Shown here: positions 41,729 to 53,113 of the stretch, one piece after another
Position numbering within the stretch: position 1 is the stretch's first letter
Layout of the letters: each line of letters begins with the position of its first letter
Source of the DNA: an uncultured cyanobacterium
GTDB lineage: Bacteria > Cyanobacteriota > Cyanobacteriia > Pseudanabaenales > Pseudanabaenaceae
Direction of reading: 5' to 3'
Length of the DNA: 64,000 bases
Assembly (NCBI GenBank): GCA_963703315.1
Contig: OY969811.1
Span: 4,480,001 to 4,544,000 of the forward strand
Notes under the pieces: generated by a model
The model's database searches: none
Told to the model about the DNA's origin: nothing
What the model saw: the letters and a program-made list of their open reading frames with translations, nothing else
Program-made: the position numbers and the translations under genes

Positions 41729-42056
41729 CCCAGAACGTGGAGAAGTTTGGCTAGTCGATCTTGGCTATGTCGCAAAAGTCAGACCATGCTTAGTTATTAG
41801 TATCCCAGCCCTAGACAGCGATCGCGCATTAGTAACCCTAGTTCCACATACAACGAGTTTGCGCGATTGCAGATTTGAAGTAAAAGTCAAAGCTAAATTT
41901 TTGCGAGAAGGCGCATTTGACGTACAAAATCTCATCACAATCCCTCATGCCAAACTTTTACGCAAACTAGGAGAGCTAACATCAGAGCAAATGGAAGACT
42001 TAGAAGATGTCTTACTCGTATGGTTAGGATTTGAATCTGAAAAAGACGAAGACTAA
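41721..42056 (+). CDS. mazF: PemK/MazF family toxin
   Basis: RGEVWLVDLG..AKVRPCLVIS, LVPHTT, KLGEL. Confidence 0.88.
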   Translation: MSSPERGEVWLVDLGYVAKVRPCLVISIPALDSDRALVTLVPHTTSLRDCRFEVKVKAKFLREGAFDVQNLITIPHAKLLRKLGELTSEQMEDLEDVLLVWLGFESEKDED

Positions 42057-42077
42057 GCATAGAAAACTTTGAAAAAG

Positions 42078-42147
42078 GCGATCGCTGTTTGATTTTTGTG
42101 GAGAGGCGAGCGTGATTTTTGGGGTTGAGATGGGCAATCGCTGTTTA
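42078..42147 (+). repeat. HIP1-punctuated cassette-junction repeat R11
   Basis: GCGATCGC-TGTTTGATTTTTGTGGAGAG-GCGAGCGT-GATTTTTGGGGTTGAGATGG-GCAATCGC-TGTTTA. Confidence 0.88.
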
Positions 42148-42166
42148 AACATTGTAAAATCAAGTT

Positions 42167-42341
42167 GTGGGTAAGAAAAAATAAACTACTTGAACTCCTA
42201 AAAAATAGCCCCACGTGACGTTTGCAGATATTCGTAAACTTTTAGAGCTAGAAAGTTTTGACTTGGATAGAATTACAGGCAGTCACCATATTTTCAAAAG
42301 AGATGAAGTAGTTTTCGTCATCCCAGTTCATAACAACCGAG
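42167..42341 (+). pseudogene. hicA: Third hicA copy, frameshifted and truncated, no hicB
   Basis: Aligns to the 30238-30416 region; GTG start, extra base giving an early TAA, small deletion, ends after CATAACAACCGAG. Confidence 0.85.
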
Positions 42342-42535
42342 CAGCAATTCTCATTATGGAAAATTAACGGCGTTGCACACACTCATAATGATCAAGTAAA
42401 AATAGGAAAGGATTTCTGATTTTTGCGTTTGAGGTAAAAAAGTAGTAACCGAATCGAAATCTGCAACATTAATCATCACTAACTCCCTTTTACTTTTATT
42501 GGTAACATAGATTAAGAAATATATTGAAATAACTC

Positions 42536-43743
<1,208 letters not shown>

Positions 43744-43901
43744 AGAAGAGCCGCTATAATATATAACTGTCGCCACTTGCATTAGGATCAATCAAAATCC
43801 AAGAAGCAAGTGGCGGCGTGAATCGCTGCAATTCATCTTCTGGTTTTGTGTCCGAACAAGACTGATGACAGGTATAGTTCAAATAAATTTAGGGAATTGT
43901 T

Positions 43902-44159
43902 ATGGCAAAAGTTGAAATATACACATGGCGCTTGTGTCCTTTTTGTATTAGAGCAAAGCATCTGCTCAATAGCAAAGGGGTCAAGTACACCGAATATGTG
44001 ATTGATGGTGATGAATCAGCGCGATCGGCAATGGTGGCTAGAGGTTCCGATGGTAAGCGTTCTGTACCGCAAATTTTTATCAATGATCAACATATCGGCG
44101 GCTGTGATGCCATCCATGAATTAGACCATCAAGGTAAACTTGATCCTTTACTAAATTAA
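43902..44159 (+). CDS. grxC: Glutaredoxin 3
   Basis: CPFC, SVPQIFI, IGGCD. Confidence 0.92.
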   Translation: MAKVEIYTWRLCPFCIRAKHLLNSKGVKYTEYVIDGDESARSAMVARGSDGKRSVPQIFINDQHIGGCDAIHELDHQGKLDPLLN

Positions 44160-44333
44160 TTTAATTAATTAAGATAGCAATTTTCAAATGAGTGTCTGCT
44201 CATTTAAAAACTTCAAAGCATTATAGAAAAGCAAGATTTAGCTAGTAAAAATCAAAACCCAGAAGATGAGTTGTGGCGCTTCGCGCCGCAACTCATCTTC
44301 TGGGTTTTGGTGATTTGATTGGTATTTAAGCGG

Positions 44334-44657
44334 TTACAGGTACTTCTCAATAGTTGCACTAAACTCCTCGTAAGTCTTGACTCCAATCATGGTCTCGACT
44401 AACTCTCCTTGCTTAAAGAACAGCACCGCAGGAATGCTCTTGAGTCCAAACTGTTTGGCTAAGGGTTTATTGGTATCAATGTCTATTTTTCGGATTTCGG
44501 CGCGATCGCCAAAGTTTTCTGCCAATTTATCAATGAAGGGCGCGATCACTTTACAAGGACCACACCAAGTTGCGGTGCAGTCCACAACTAGTAAAGATGT
44601 ATTTTTTTGGAGCTTTTCAAATTCAGCTTGATCGGGAATAAAAGTGGCTGTACTCAT
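44334..44657 (-). CDS. Thioredoxin
   Basis: WCGPC, SIPA. Confidence 0.92.
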   Translation of the reverse strand: MSTATFIPDQAEFEKLQKNTSLLVVDCTATWCGPCKVIAPFIDKLAENFGDRAEIRKIDIDTNKPLAKQFGLKSIPAVLFFKQGELVETMIGVKTYEEFSATIEKYL

Positions 44658-44780
44658 ATTGACAACTATTGTGACCTTACGGCTAGATGAAGTTAGTGAA
44701 GTTAATATTGTTGCAGAAAGTGGGACAGACTAAATAGCTCAGCATAAGTTTGTGCTGCCCGCATAGTGGGTGGGACAAAC

Positions 44781-46262
44781 TTATGCTGAGCTAGTGGAAT
44801 TGCCGTAAATTGCTTCATTAGCTTTGGCAGAGGCAAATAAATCAACAATAGGATGGGGATAGTCAACACCGAGTCGCATATTAAATCGTTGCTGCTCCAC
44901 AGGTAGAAGCTGCCAAGGTTGATGGATTTTACTAGCAGGAAGCTCCGCAAGTTCTGGAAGCCAATGTTTGACATATTCCCCTTGCGGATCATAATCCTGT
45001 GATTGCTTATTGATATTAAAGAATCTAAAGCCTCTAGCATCATTCCCAATCCCTGCGGTATAGTTCCAATTTCCCCAATTACTACAAGGATCGTAATCTA
45101 GGAGCAGTGATTCAAACCATTCCGCACCCATGCGCCAATCGATACCGAGATTTTTGGTAAGGAAACTCGCTACATTCTGACGACCACGATTGGACATAAA
45201 GCCAGTCGCAGCAAGTTCCCGCATATTCGCATCCACTAAAGGGAAGCCTGTTCTCCCAGTTTGCCAAAGTTCAAAACGTCGCCAGTCTTGTTTCCAAGGT
45301 ATATCCATTCCTCGCAAACCTGTGCGATAGAATAATTTGTCGCCATGTTTCGCCGCCACCAATCGAAAATAGTCGCGCCATAGCAGTTCAAAAATTAACC
45401 AGTAAGTCGAGTCATTGGCAAGGCGATCGCTTTCGTATTGTTTTACTTGAGCATATACATAGCGGGGACTAAGACAACCTAAGGCTAACCAAGGTGAAAA
45501 TTTGGAAGAGTCATCAGGGTGCAGCATTCCATTGCGAGTTTGTTTGTAAACCTGTAGGCGATCGCTTTGCCAAAAGTAATAATCAAGGCGTTGCAAAGCT
45601 TCAGTTTCACCTCCTTGGAAATCTATTCTAGCGCGATCGCATGGTTCAGGTTCCATTAGCCCTAGTTTTGCTAAGGTCGGAATTTCGCCAGTATCAAGAT
45701 CTTGAGGTAATGGATTGAGTGCTTGAGGAATTGGAAAAACCTCACGAATGTTCAGATTGGTTTCAACTTGTTTGCGAAAGTGGGTGAAAAGTTTAGGAAG
45801 TTTGGCGATCGTAAAAGGTAAATCATCGGGATGGAGTAATGTACTTCCCCAAAAGCTTTTTAAGTGGGTATTTTGTGGTTTGAGAATATTACGCAAATTA
45901 GTTTCGACAAGTTTCTCTTCCGTCGTAACTTCTTCATGATAATAAACCGAGCCAATTTCCCATCGTTGAATTAAGTCGGGAAGAAGATCTTCAGGTTTAC
46001 CAATGCGAATAATTAAATCGGAATTTAGCGATCGCAAACTTTCTCGTAAATTTGTCACGCTCTCAATCAAGAATTTAGCTCGAAATGCCCCTGTTTTGGC
46101 AAACCCAAAGGAAGTTTTCGCAAAATGACGCGGATCAAAGCAGTATAGACAAAATATCTTTACACCTGTTTGTTTGGCTACTTGAGATGCTCGATACAAC
46201 GTTTCGCAATCCTGCGATCGCAGGTCATTACGGAACCAAACTAAAATATTTTGATTATGCAT
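44781..46262 (-). CDS. DASH-family cryptochrome
   Basis: WFRNDLR, YKQTRNG, SSKFSPWLALG, ELLWRDYF, GFMSNRGRQNVASFL, DYDPCSNWGNW. Confidence 0.92.
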   Translation of the reverse strand: MHNQNILVWFRNDLRSQDCETLYRASQVAKQTGVKIFCLYCFDPRHFAKTSFGFAKTGAFRAKFLIESVTNLRESLRSLNSDLIIRIGKPEDLLPDLIQRWEIGSVYYHEEVTTEEKLVETNLRNILKPQNTHLKSFWGSTLLHPDDLPFTIAKLPKLFTHFRKQVETNLNIREVFPIPQALNPLPQDLDTGEIPTLAKLGLMEPEPCDRARIDFQGGETEALQRLDYYFWQSDRLQVYKQTRNGMLHPDDSSKFSPWLALGCLSPRYVYAQVKQYESDRLANDSTYWLIFELLWRDYFRLVAAKHGDKLFYRTGLRGMDIPWKQDWRRFELWQTGRTGFPLVDANMRELAATGFMSNRGRQNVASFLTKNLGIDWRMGAEWFESLLLDYDPCSNWGNWNYTAGIGNDARGFRFFNINKQSQDYDPQGEYVKHWLPELAELPASKIHQPWQLLPVEQQRFNMRLGVDYPHPIVDLFASAKANEAIYGNSTSSA

Positions 46263-46315
46263 ATTGGGGATTTACAGGAAAATTAAATTAAATGGGCGCT
46301 TTACGCCCATTTAAT

Positions 46316-47260
46316 TTAGCGCTCAACAATTTGAAACTGACGATTTAGTAAGTTCATGCTAGCGGAAATGGTCAGACTCATCGCCAGATATACTCCCATA
46401 ATAATCAAAATCACATTTACAGGTCTACCCGTCTGATTAATGGTGGTGGAAGCAACGCGATAGATATCTGTATAGCCGATCGCGATCGCTAAACTAGAGT
46501 TCTTGGCAATATTTACATATTGACTAGTTAATGATGGAATAATCACCCGTAATGCTTGCGGTAGAACGATTTTTCGCATAGTTTGGAAGTTACTTAAGCC
46601 TAAAGCTTTTGCCGCTTCCGTTTGTCCTTTGGGAACTGCAAGAATTCCACCACGCACAATTTCGGCAATGAAGGCACTAGAAAACATCGTTAACCCTAAG
46701 ACTAAAGCGCAAAACTCAGAGGTCAAAGTCATCTTCAGAGACTCAATGGTAATACCAGACTTAGCAAGGGTAATCAATCCAAAGGAAAGGCGATCGCTAG
46801 TATCAGGAAGTGTCAAGAAAATGGCTGAATACCAGAAAAACATTTGTAATAGCAGTGGTGTATTACGCAGGATTTCCACATAAACACGCGCAATTTGTTT
46901 GAGTAGCCAATTACTTGAAAGCCTTGAGATACCTACCGTGACTCCCACTAAAGTTGCGGAAATAATACTCACTGCGATCGCCTTCAAAGAGTTCACTAAA
47001 CCCACTTGTAAGGCACGAGTATAGTTATCAGAAGAGGTATAAGAAAAAGGTATGTCGGCAATATCAAAGGAAGCAGGATCACTAAGAAAGTCAAAACTAA
47101 TCGCTAGTCCTGAGCTTCGCATATTTCGCACTAGGGTATTCCATGCCAAAATGCTGCAAATAATCACGATCGCTAAAAAAACTAACTGCGCGATCGTGCG
47201 CCAATTCCAAAAGTTTCTTTTAAAATTAGTTTGCCAATTAGTTTCAGAAAATAGTTTCAT
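46316..47260 (-). CDS. Polar amino-acid ABC transporter permease (AapQ/BztB-like)
   Basis: RNTPLLLQ, AEIVRGGI.AVPKGQTEAA, KNSSLAIAIGY. Confidence 0.88.
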   Translation of the reverse strand: MKLFSETNWQTNFKRNFWNWRTIAQLVFLAIVIICSILAWNTLVRNMRSSGLAISFDFLSDPASFDIADIPFSYTSSDNYTRALQVGLVNSLKAIAVSIISATLVGVTVGISRLSSNWLLKQIARVYVEILRNTPLLLQMFFWYSAIFLTLPDTSDRLSFGLITLAKSGITIESLKMTLTSEFCALVLGLTMFSSAFIAEIVRGGILAVPKGQTEAAKALGLSNFQTMRKIVLPQALRVIIPSLTSQYVNIAKNSSLAIAIGYTDIYRVASTTINQTGRPVNVILIIMGVYLAMSLTISASMNLLNRQFQIVER

Positions 47261-47603
47261 CTTCCTTCCGCCAAGCAGGATCGACGATACAGATAAATAC
47301 AATTGGCTCATCCCCAATATTCTTGAGAAATTGCTTCGCATTTGGCGGGATATACACCGCATCACCTGATTCTATTTCGCGAACTTCTCCATCAATATAC
47401 ATTTCACCTCTGCCACTTAAGATGTAATAGACCTCAGAAGTAGTGAGAGAATGTGGTTGTGAAGTCTCTCCTATCGGTAAAATTGCATGGGCAAGGCTAT
47501 AGCGAAGATTAATCGCCTGTTTGTCAGGATGTAATAATTCGCGCAAAATCGTCGAATCACCTGCAATAAATTCTGGGCAGTCAAGCAGTTTCTGAATCAA
47601 CAT
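47244..47603 (-). CDS. Cupin domain protein
   Basis: PHSL..SEVYYILSGRG, GDAVYIPP. Confidence 0.8.
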   Translation of the reverse strand: MLIQKLLDCPEFIAGDSTILRELLHPDKQAINLRYSLAHAILPIGETSQPHSLTTSEVYYILSGRGEMYIDGEVREIESGDAVYIPPNAKQFLKNIGDEPIVFICIVDPAWRKEDETIF

Positions 47604-47648
47604 CAATAGGTTCCTTGATAAAAAAGGCGACGCAAGCGCCGCCCAGAT

Positions 47649-48215
47649 TTATTTAATTGTTTGGACATCCTTTGTCGCGAAGCCGTGAGCAGTTAATTCT
47701 TTGTTAAGAGCAACGGGATTTTTAACGCGATCGACAAATAACACTCCATTCAAATGATCCATCTCATGTTGAATTACCCTTGCCAATAAACCATCAGCGA
47801 TCAAGTGTTTGGGTCTACCATCTTCATCGCGATAGGAAACCTCCACGCGATCGGGACGTACGACATCAAGAAATACTTCAGGAATACTGAGACATCCTTC
47901 TTCACCAGTAATTAAGTCTCCGCCCGAACCTTTGACTTCGGGATTAATCATCACTAAAGGAGGCTTGCTCTCATCTTTGAGTTCGATATCAATAACGAGT
48001 AATTGTTTGTTAACCCCCACCTGTGGCGCAGCTAGTCCAATTCCATCGTTGCTATACATCGTGATCAGCATATCAACAATGATTTGCCGAATTTCATCGT
48101 TGACTTTGCTAATGCGCTTAGCGGGCTGACGTAATACGCGATCGCCTAAAGTGTGAACTTGCAGTGGCGGATTTTTGACTTTTTGTTTGGGGACTTTGAT
48201 AGAAATTGCAGACAT
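47649..48215 (-). CDS. def: Peptide deformylase
   Basis: GIGLAAPQVG, EGCLS, QHEMDHLNG. Confidence 0.97.
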   Translation of the reverse strand: MSAISIKVPKQKVKNPPLQVHTLGDRVLRQPAKRISKVNDEIRQIIVDMLITMYSNDGIGLAAPQVGVNKQLLVIDIELKDESKPPLVMINPEVKGSGGDLITGEEGCLSIPEVFLDVVRPDRVEVSYRDEDGRPKHLIADGLLARVIQHEMDHLNGVLFVDRVKNPVALNKELTAHGFATKDVQTIK

Positions 48216-48314
48216 TGCCAATCAGCTTGTAAATATAAGCTTGTAGTGAACTAGTTATATTTTGGCATAGTTTCGATTATTAAAAAGAGATAGCGGCGCT
48301 ATCTCTTTTTAGTG

Positions 48315-48410
48315 AAACCAAAAATGGCGTAGCCATTTTTGGTTTGAAAACCCTCGTTGGGTTTGTTTTTTAATGCCCAAAAGTGTTGTCACACTTTCGT
48401 GAATTGGTAT
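48315..48410 (+). repeat. ~95-bp dispersed repeat (family with AATGGC-GTA-GCCATT hairpin)
   Basis: Direct copy at 51375-51473; inverted partial copies at about 20073-20140 and 3591-3660. Confidence 0.7.
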
Positions 48411-48594
48411 AAGTTTCTGAGGAACAGTCTGAACTAACCCGATCTACAACAATTAATAGCAAGGGACGCGCAGAAAAATAAAAAACCGATTTTTGTGGCG
48501 CGGCGAAGCCGCGCCACAAATAATATGGTTCCTTATTAAATTGCAGACACCCAAGTGTTGATTAAACCTTGTATTAATTATCTCCAAAGCGCTT

Positions 48595-49278
48595 ATGTAT
48601 ATTGACGCTACGCCCTATCCCTATCCTTACAATGGCAATCTTAGACCAGACAATACCGTACTAATTATTATTGATATGCAGACCGATTTCTGCGGTATCG
48701 GCGGTTATGTGGACAAAATGGGCTATGACTTATCCCTGACCAGAGCGCCCATTGAACCAATCAAAAAAGTCTTGACCCTATTTCGGGAAAAGGGCTTTCA
48801 CGTCATTCACACCCGTGAAGGTCATCGCCCCAACCTGTCGGATTTGCCTGAAAATAAGCGCTGGCGATCGCAAAGGATTGGTGCTGGCATCGGCGATGTA
48901 GGACCTTGCGGCAAAATCTTAGTTCGTGGTGAAGCAGGTTGGGACATCATTCCTGAACTTTACCCAATCGATGGTGAACCAATTATCGATAAACCGGGGA
49001 AAGGCTCATTTTATGCCACTGATCTCAATCTGATTTTGAAGCGCAAAGGTATTCAAAATATTATTTTGTCAGGAATCACCACCGATGTTTGCGTACATAC
49101 AACCATGCGTGATGCCAACGATCGCGGCTATGAATGTTTGATGCTGTCGGACTGCACGGGTGCAACGGATTATGGCAATCATCTGGCAGCTTTGAAAATG
49201 ATCGAAATGCAGGGTGGTGTGTTTGGAGCAGTCACTGATTCTGAAACATTGACTACAGCAATTAAGCAAAGTTTCTAG
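48595..49278 (+). CDS. biuH: Biuret hydrolase (isochorismatase-like cysteine hydrolase)
   Basis: [55 protein letters not shown], matching recalled BiuH signatures. Confidence 0.85.
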   Translation: MYIDATPYPYPYNGNLRPDNTVLIIIDMQTDFCGIGGYVDKMGYDLSLTRAPIEPIKKVLTLFREKGFHVIHTREGHRPNLSDLPENKRWRSQRIGAGIGDVGPCGKILVRGEAGWDIIPELYPIDGEPIIDKPGKGSFYATDLNLILKRKGIQNIILSGITTDVCVHTTMRDANDRGYECLMLSDCTGATDYGNHLAALKMIEMQGGVFGAVTDSETLTTAIKQSF

Positions 49279-49300
49279 TTAACTGATAAAAATGTGCTAA

Positions 49301-50953
49301 GTGGACGATGACATGGAAAAACCAATTCCTGACGATCTCGAAAGCGATCTAGCTGATAATCTGGTGGAAGAAGAATCTATGAAAGAGTCGATACCATCCT
49401 TGACTATTCCATCTAGTGTTTCTGCCGATACTCTGCGATCGCATTTACCACCTGAGCTAGAGCTAGTAAATGTCTCCAAAAAGTTTGGCTCTTTCACGGC
49501 GGTTGATAACGTCTCGCTCAAACTTGCCCCTGGTACTTTCCATGCCCTGCTTGGTGAAAATGGTGCGGGTAAAAGTACACTGGTCAAGTGCATCATGGGT
49601 TTTCATGCTGCCAGTCATGGTGATATTTTAATTAACAAACAGTCCCGTGAAATTAATAGTCCCCGCGATGCCTATAACTATGGTATCGGCATGGTCTATC
49701 AGCACTTCACGGTTGTACCCGCGATGACGGTTGCCGAAAATCTCTTGTTAGTGCGTCCTGACACACCGACGATCATTAATTGGAAAGATGAATACGAAAA
49801 GTTAGAAGCTTTCATGGCATCGGCTCCTTTTAAAATTGACCTTTATACACCCATTTCCCAACTAGCGGCTGGGCAGAAGCAAAAACTAGAAATTCTCAAA
49901 CAGCTTTATCTCAAAAGTCGGATTCTCATTCTTGATGAGCCAACTTCAGTTTTAACGCCACAGGAAGCTGATGAAGTACTAGGACTGTTGCGTGAAGAAG
50001 TCACCGCAGGACGATTGAGCGTTCTGATGATTAGCCACAAGTTCCGTGAAATCACTGCCTTTGCCGATAATGTCACCGTATTGCGTAAGGGCAAATTTGC
50101 AGGGACAGGTTCCACCAAAGAGCTATCAGTCTCTGACATGGCAGCAATGATGTTAGGTGAAGCAAAGGAAGCCCGCAAAGTTGCCAAAACTGAAGTTATC
50201 GCCGAGAATCTAGTTCTGGATGCGCGAAACATCCATGCAGATAAAGACAACGGTTTAGAAGCAGTTTCTGGTGTTGACCTGCAAATCACTAGTGGTGAGA
50301 TAGTTGGTATTGCAGGTGTCTCAGGCAACGGTCAGCGTGAACTCGTGGAAGTTCTCTCTGGTCAGAGAGTTGCGACATCTGGCGAGATATTTGTTAACGG
50401 CGATCGCTATACAGCTACTCGCAAAGAAATGTATAGCCATCAAGTCTTCTCCCTCCCTGAAGAACCGCTACGCAATGCCTGTGTCCCTCACATGAGCGTT
50501 GCCGAGAATTTAGCTCTAAGAACCTTTGATCGTCCTCCCCAAGCTCAAGGTGGAGTTCTATTAATATTCAAAGCAATTCGTGAAACTGCGAAGAATTTGA
50601 TCAAAGTCTTCTCTATTAAAACACCTTCACCAGAAACTCCTGTGGGCAATCTCTCTGGTGGCAATGTGCAGCGCACGGTGCTTGCAAGAGAGCTTTCCGC
50701 CGAACAAATCAAATTATTGATTGTCGCTAATCCTGTCTTCGGTCTAGATTTTGCCGCAGTGGAATACATTCATAATCAAATTGTAGAAGCTCGTAATCGC
50801 GGTGTTGCTATTCTCTTAGTCAGTGAAGATCTTGATGAGATTCTGACCCTCAGCGATCGCATTCTGGTGATGAGTGAAGGTAAATTTGTCTATGAAAGCA
50901 GCAGTGCTAATGTCGATCTTGCGGCGATCGGGCAGAAAATGGCAGGGCATTAA
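49301..50953 (+). CDS. ABC transporter ATPase, double-domain (sugar/nucleoside CUT2 type)
   Basis: GENGAGKSTL, LDEPT, LSGGNVQR. Confidence 0.9.
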   Translation: MDDDMEKPIPDDLESDLADNLVEEESMKESIPSLTIPSSVSADTLRSHLPPELELVNVSKKFGSFTAVDNVSLKLAPGTFHALLGENGAGKSTLVKCIMGFHAASHGDILINKQSREINSPRDAYNYGIGMVYQHFTVVPAMTVAENLLLVRPDTPTIINWKDEYEKLEAFMASAPFKIDLYTPISQLAAGQKQKLEILKQLYLKSRILILDEPTSVLTPQEADEVLGLLREEVTAGRLSVLMISHKFREITAFADNVTVLRKGKFAGTGSTKELSVSDMAAMMLGEAKEARKVAKTEVIAENLVLDARNIHADKDNGLEAVSGVDLQITSGEIVGIAGVSGNGQRELVEVLSGQRVATSGEIFVNGDRYTATRKEMYSHQVFSLPEEPLRNACVPHMSVAENLALRTFDRPPQAQGGVLLIFKAIRETAKNLIKVFSIKTPSPETPVGNLSGGNVQRTVLARELSAEQIKLLIVANPVFGLDFAAVEYIHNQIVEARNRGVAILLVSEDLDEILTLSDRILVMSEGKFVYESSSANVDLAAIGQKMAGH

Positions 50954-51003
50954 CAACTTTTTTGAGGGTGCATTGCACCCTCAAAAAATAATTATTAAAA
51001 ACA

Positions 51004-51372
51004 ATGATTATCAATCAACAAGTCAATCAACAAGTTCGGATTTTTCCTGAATTACTTACCCGTGAACATTACGATGATCTACCTTGGGAGCCATTTCGTA
51101 AAGGAGTAGAAATCTATCCCTTATATAAGAATGATATGGGAGCTAGTGCAGCATTACTACGCTATGAAGCGGGGGCAAAGGTTCCACATCATTTACATTC
51201 AGGATATGAGCATATTTTCGTGCTATCAGGTTCGCAATCCGATGCGAATGGAAAATATACCAAAGGTTCGGTGATTATTAATCCTCCTGATACTAGTCAT
51301 CAGGTTTCTAGTGAAGAAGGCTGTGTAGTTCTCATCGTCTGGGAAAAGCCTGTCATCATTGCCAACGAATAG
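51004..51372 (+). CDS. ChrR-like cupin
   Basis: LLRYEAGAKVPHHLH.GYEHIFVLSG, NPPDTSH, GC. Confidence 0.8.
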   Translation: MIINQQVNQQVRIFPELLTREHYDDLPWEPFRKGVEIYPLYKNDMGASAALLRYEAGAKVPHHLHSGYEHIFVLSGSQSDANGKYTKGSVIINPPDTSHQVSSEEGCVVLIVWEKPVIIANE

Positions 51373-51374
51373 TA

Positions 51375-51473
51375 CCAAAACTAAAAATGGCGGAGCCATT
51401 TTTAGTTTTGAAAACCCTTACTGGGTTTGGTTTTTAATTCACGAAAGTGTGATCACACTTTCGTGAATTGGTG
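51375..51473 (+). repeat. ~95-bp dispersed repeat, copy 2
   Basis: AAAAATGGCGGAGCCATTTT...GAAAACCCT...GGGTTTG...AAAGTGT...CACACTTTCGTGAATTGGT, shared with 48315-48410. Confidence 0.7.
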
Positions 51474-51508
51474 TAATTTCTGTCCCTTAAATTAAATAGG
51501 AGAAACTT

Positions 51509-52180
51509 ATGTCTGCGATCGCTGCTCAGCCATACAATTACGAGCTACCGACTGATAGCAAGATAGCTCTTGTAATTATTGATATGCAACGGGATTTCTT
51601 AGAACATGGCGGCTTTGGTGATGCTTTGGGAAATGATGTCACCCAGTTACAAAGCATTGTCCCCACAGTCAAAAAATTGCTGGAGACATTCCGATCGCTC
51701 AATTTCCCAGTTATTCATACCATTGAAGCCCATGCTCCTGATCTATCCGACTGTCCTCCCTCTAAGCTGCACCGTAGCAAAGGTGGACTGAAAATTGGTG
51801 ATCAAGGCTCTATGGGCAGAATCTTAATTGTCGGGGAAGCTGGTAATAATCCTATTCCCGAACTTACGCCTTTAGAAAATGAAATCGTAATTGTGAAGCC
51901 CGGCAAAGGCGCATTTTGTCGCACTAATTTAGAAGAGATTTTACAAAAAGAAAATATTACGCATCTACTCTTTACAGGAGTTACTACCGAAGTTTGTGTG
52001 CAAACCACCATGCGTGAAGCCAACGATCGCGGTTATGAATGTTTACTCATCGAAGATGGAACTGCTAGTTATTTCCCAGAATTTAAAGAATCAACCATCG
52101 AAATGCTCCGCGCTCAAGGTGGCATCATTGGCTGGACTGCTAAATCTGAACAGGTAATTGAGGCATTAGTAACTCAGTGA
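51509..52180 (+). CDS. trtA: Triuret hydrolase-like cysteine hydrolase
   Basis: [44 protein letters not shown], matching recalled TrtA-discriminating residues. Confidence 0.75.
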   Translation: MSAIAAQPYNYELPTDSKIALVIIDMQRDFLEHGGFGDALGNDVTQLQSIVPTVKKLLETFRSLNFPVIHTIEAHAPDLSDCPPSKLHRSKGGLKIGDQGSMGRILIVGEAGNNPIPELTPLENEIVIVKPGKGAFCRTNLEEILQKENITHLLFTGVTTEVCVQTTMREANDRGYECLLIEDGTASYFPEFKESTIEMLRAQGGIIGWTAKSEQVIEALVTQ

Positions 52181-52201
52181 TTTGTTGTATTAAGGCTTGC
52201 G

Positions 52202-52969
52202 CTACAACAAGTAGGCGATCGCTACTAAACTCAAAGCCTCAGTCCACTCCACGATCGCCCCATAGGTATCGCCAGTCTGTCCGCCAAGTTGACGATTTAG
52301 CCATGCGCCGATGAGCCATGAAAAGCTAAACCCAATTACTGTTAAGCCAATTCCTAAATAAAGTGATTTGCAAATATAGGCGATCGCCAAATTGCCAATC
52401 GTTAATAAAATCGCTACTAGCCACACTTGCCAGTGATGCAAATCCTCTTGATGAAATTTGCCTTTGCCGATCGCTTTGAGATAGGGATAAGCCATAATGG
52501 CGCGAAGCTGTCCCCACCTTGCCCAAGCCCAAATACTAGCTAAAATCCAAAAGCGATGATCTCGAATTGCGGCAAGAGCAATAACTTTTAATAACAAAAT
52601 CGTAATTCCTGCGATCGCCCCAAAAGCACCAGTGTTACTATCTGCCATCACCTCAAGGCGGCGATCAGGATCGGTGACGGCTAGCCCATCGGCAGTATCC
52701 ATCGCGCCATCAAGATGTAAGCCGCCTGTGATTAATAGTCCTAATAAAATCGTGAGTAGCGATCGCAGATATATAAATTCTGGGGCAGGTTTGAGCAGTC
52801 CTAAGCACAGATCAAAAGAGGCGATCGTGCTACCGATGAAAATACCGATTAGTGGCGCATAGAGAGCAATTCCCCGAAAATCCAGTGTTCCCTGTGGACG
52901 CAAAGGCAAACAAGTATAAAAAATTAGCGCTGCTTGAAATTTCCGCCAATGCTGCATTTGAAAACCCAT
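52202..52969 (-). CDS. cobS: Adenosylcobinamide-GDP ribazoletransferase
   Basis: TGGLHLDGAMDTADG, MADSNTGAFG, GGQTGDTYGA. Confidence 0.93.
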   Translation of the reverse strand: MGFQMQHWRKFQAALIFYTCLPLRPQGTLDFRGIALYAPLIGIFIGSTIASFDLCLGLLKPAPEFIYLRSLLTILLGLLITGGLHLDGAMDTADGLAVTDPDRRLEVMADSNTGAFGAIAGITILLLKVIALAAIRDHRFWILASIWAWARWGQLRAIMAYPYLKAIGKGKFHQEDLHHWQVWLVAILLTIGNLAIAYICKSLYLGIGLTVIGFSFSWLIGAWLNRQLGGQTGDTYGAIVEWTEALSLVAIAYLL

Positions 52970-53113
52970 AAACTTAGAGAGGGTGCGAATCGTCTTTTCT
53001 AATTTATGGGGTTTCTGTGTCTTAGGTACTAAAAATTGGGAAATTGGGTGTGATGAAAGCTAGATTAGTTAGGATAGAGAAATATTTTTATAGAAAAATT
53101 TTTTATACAGAGC

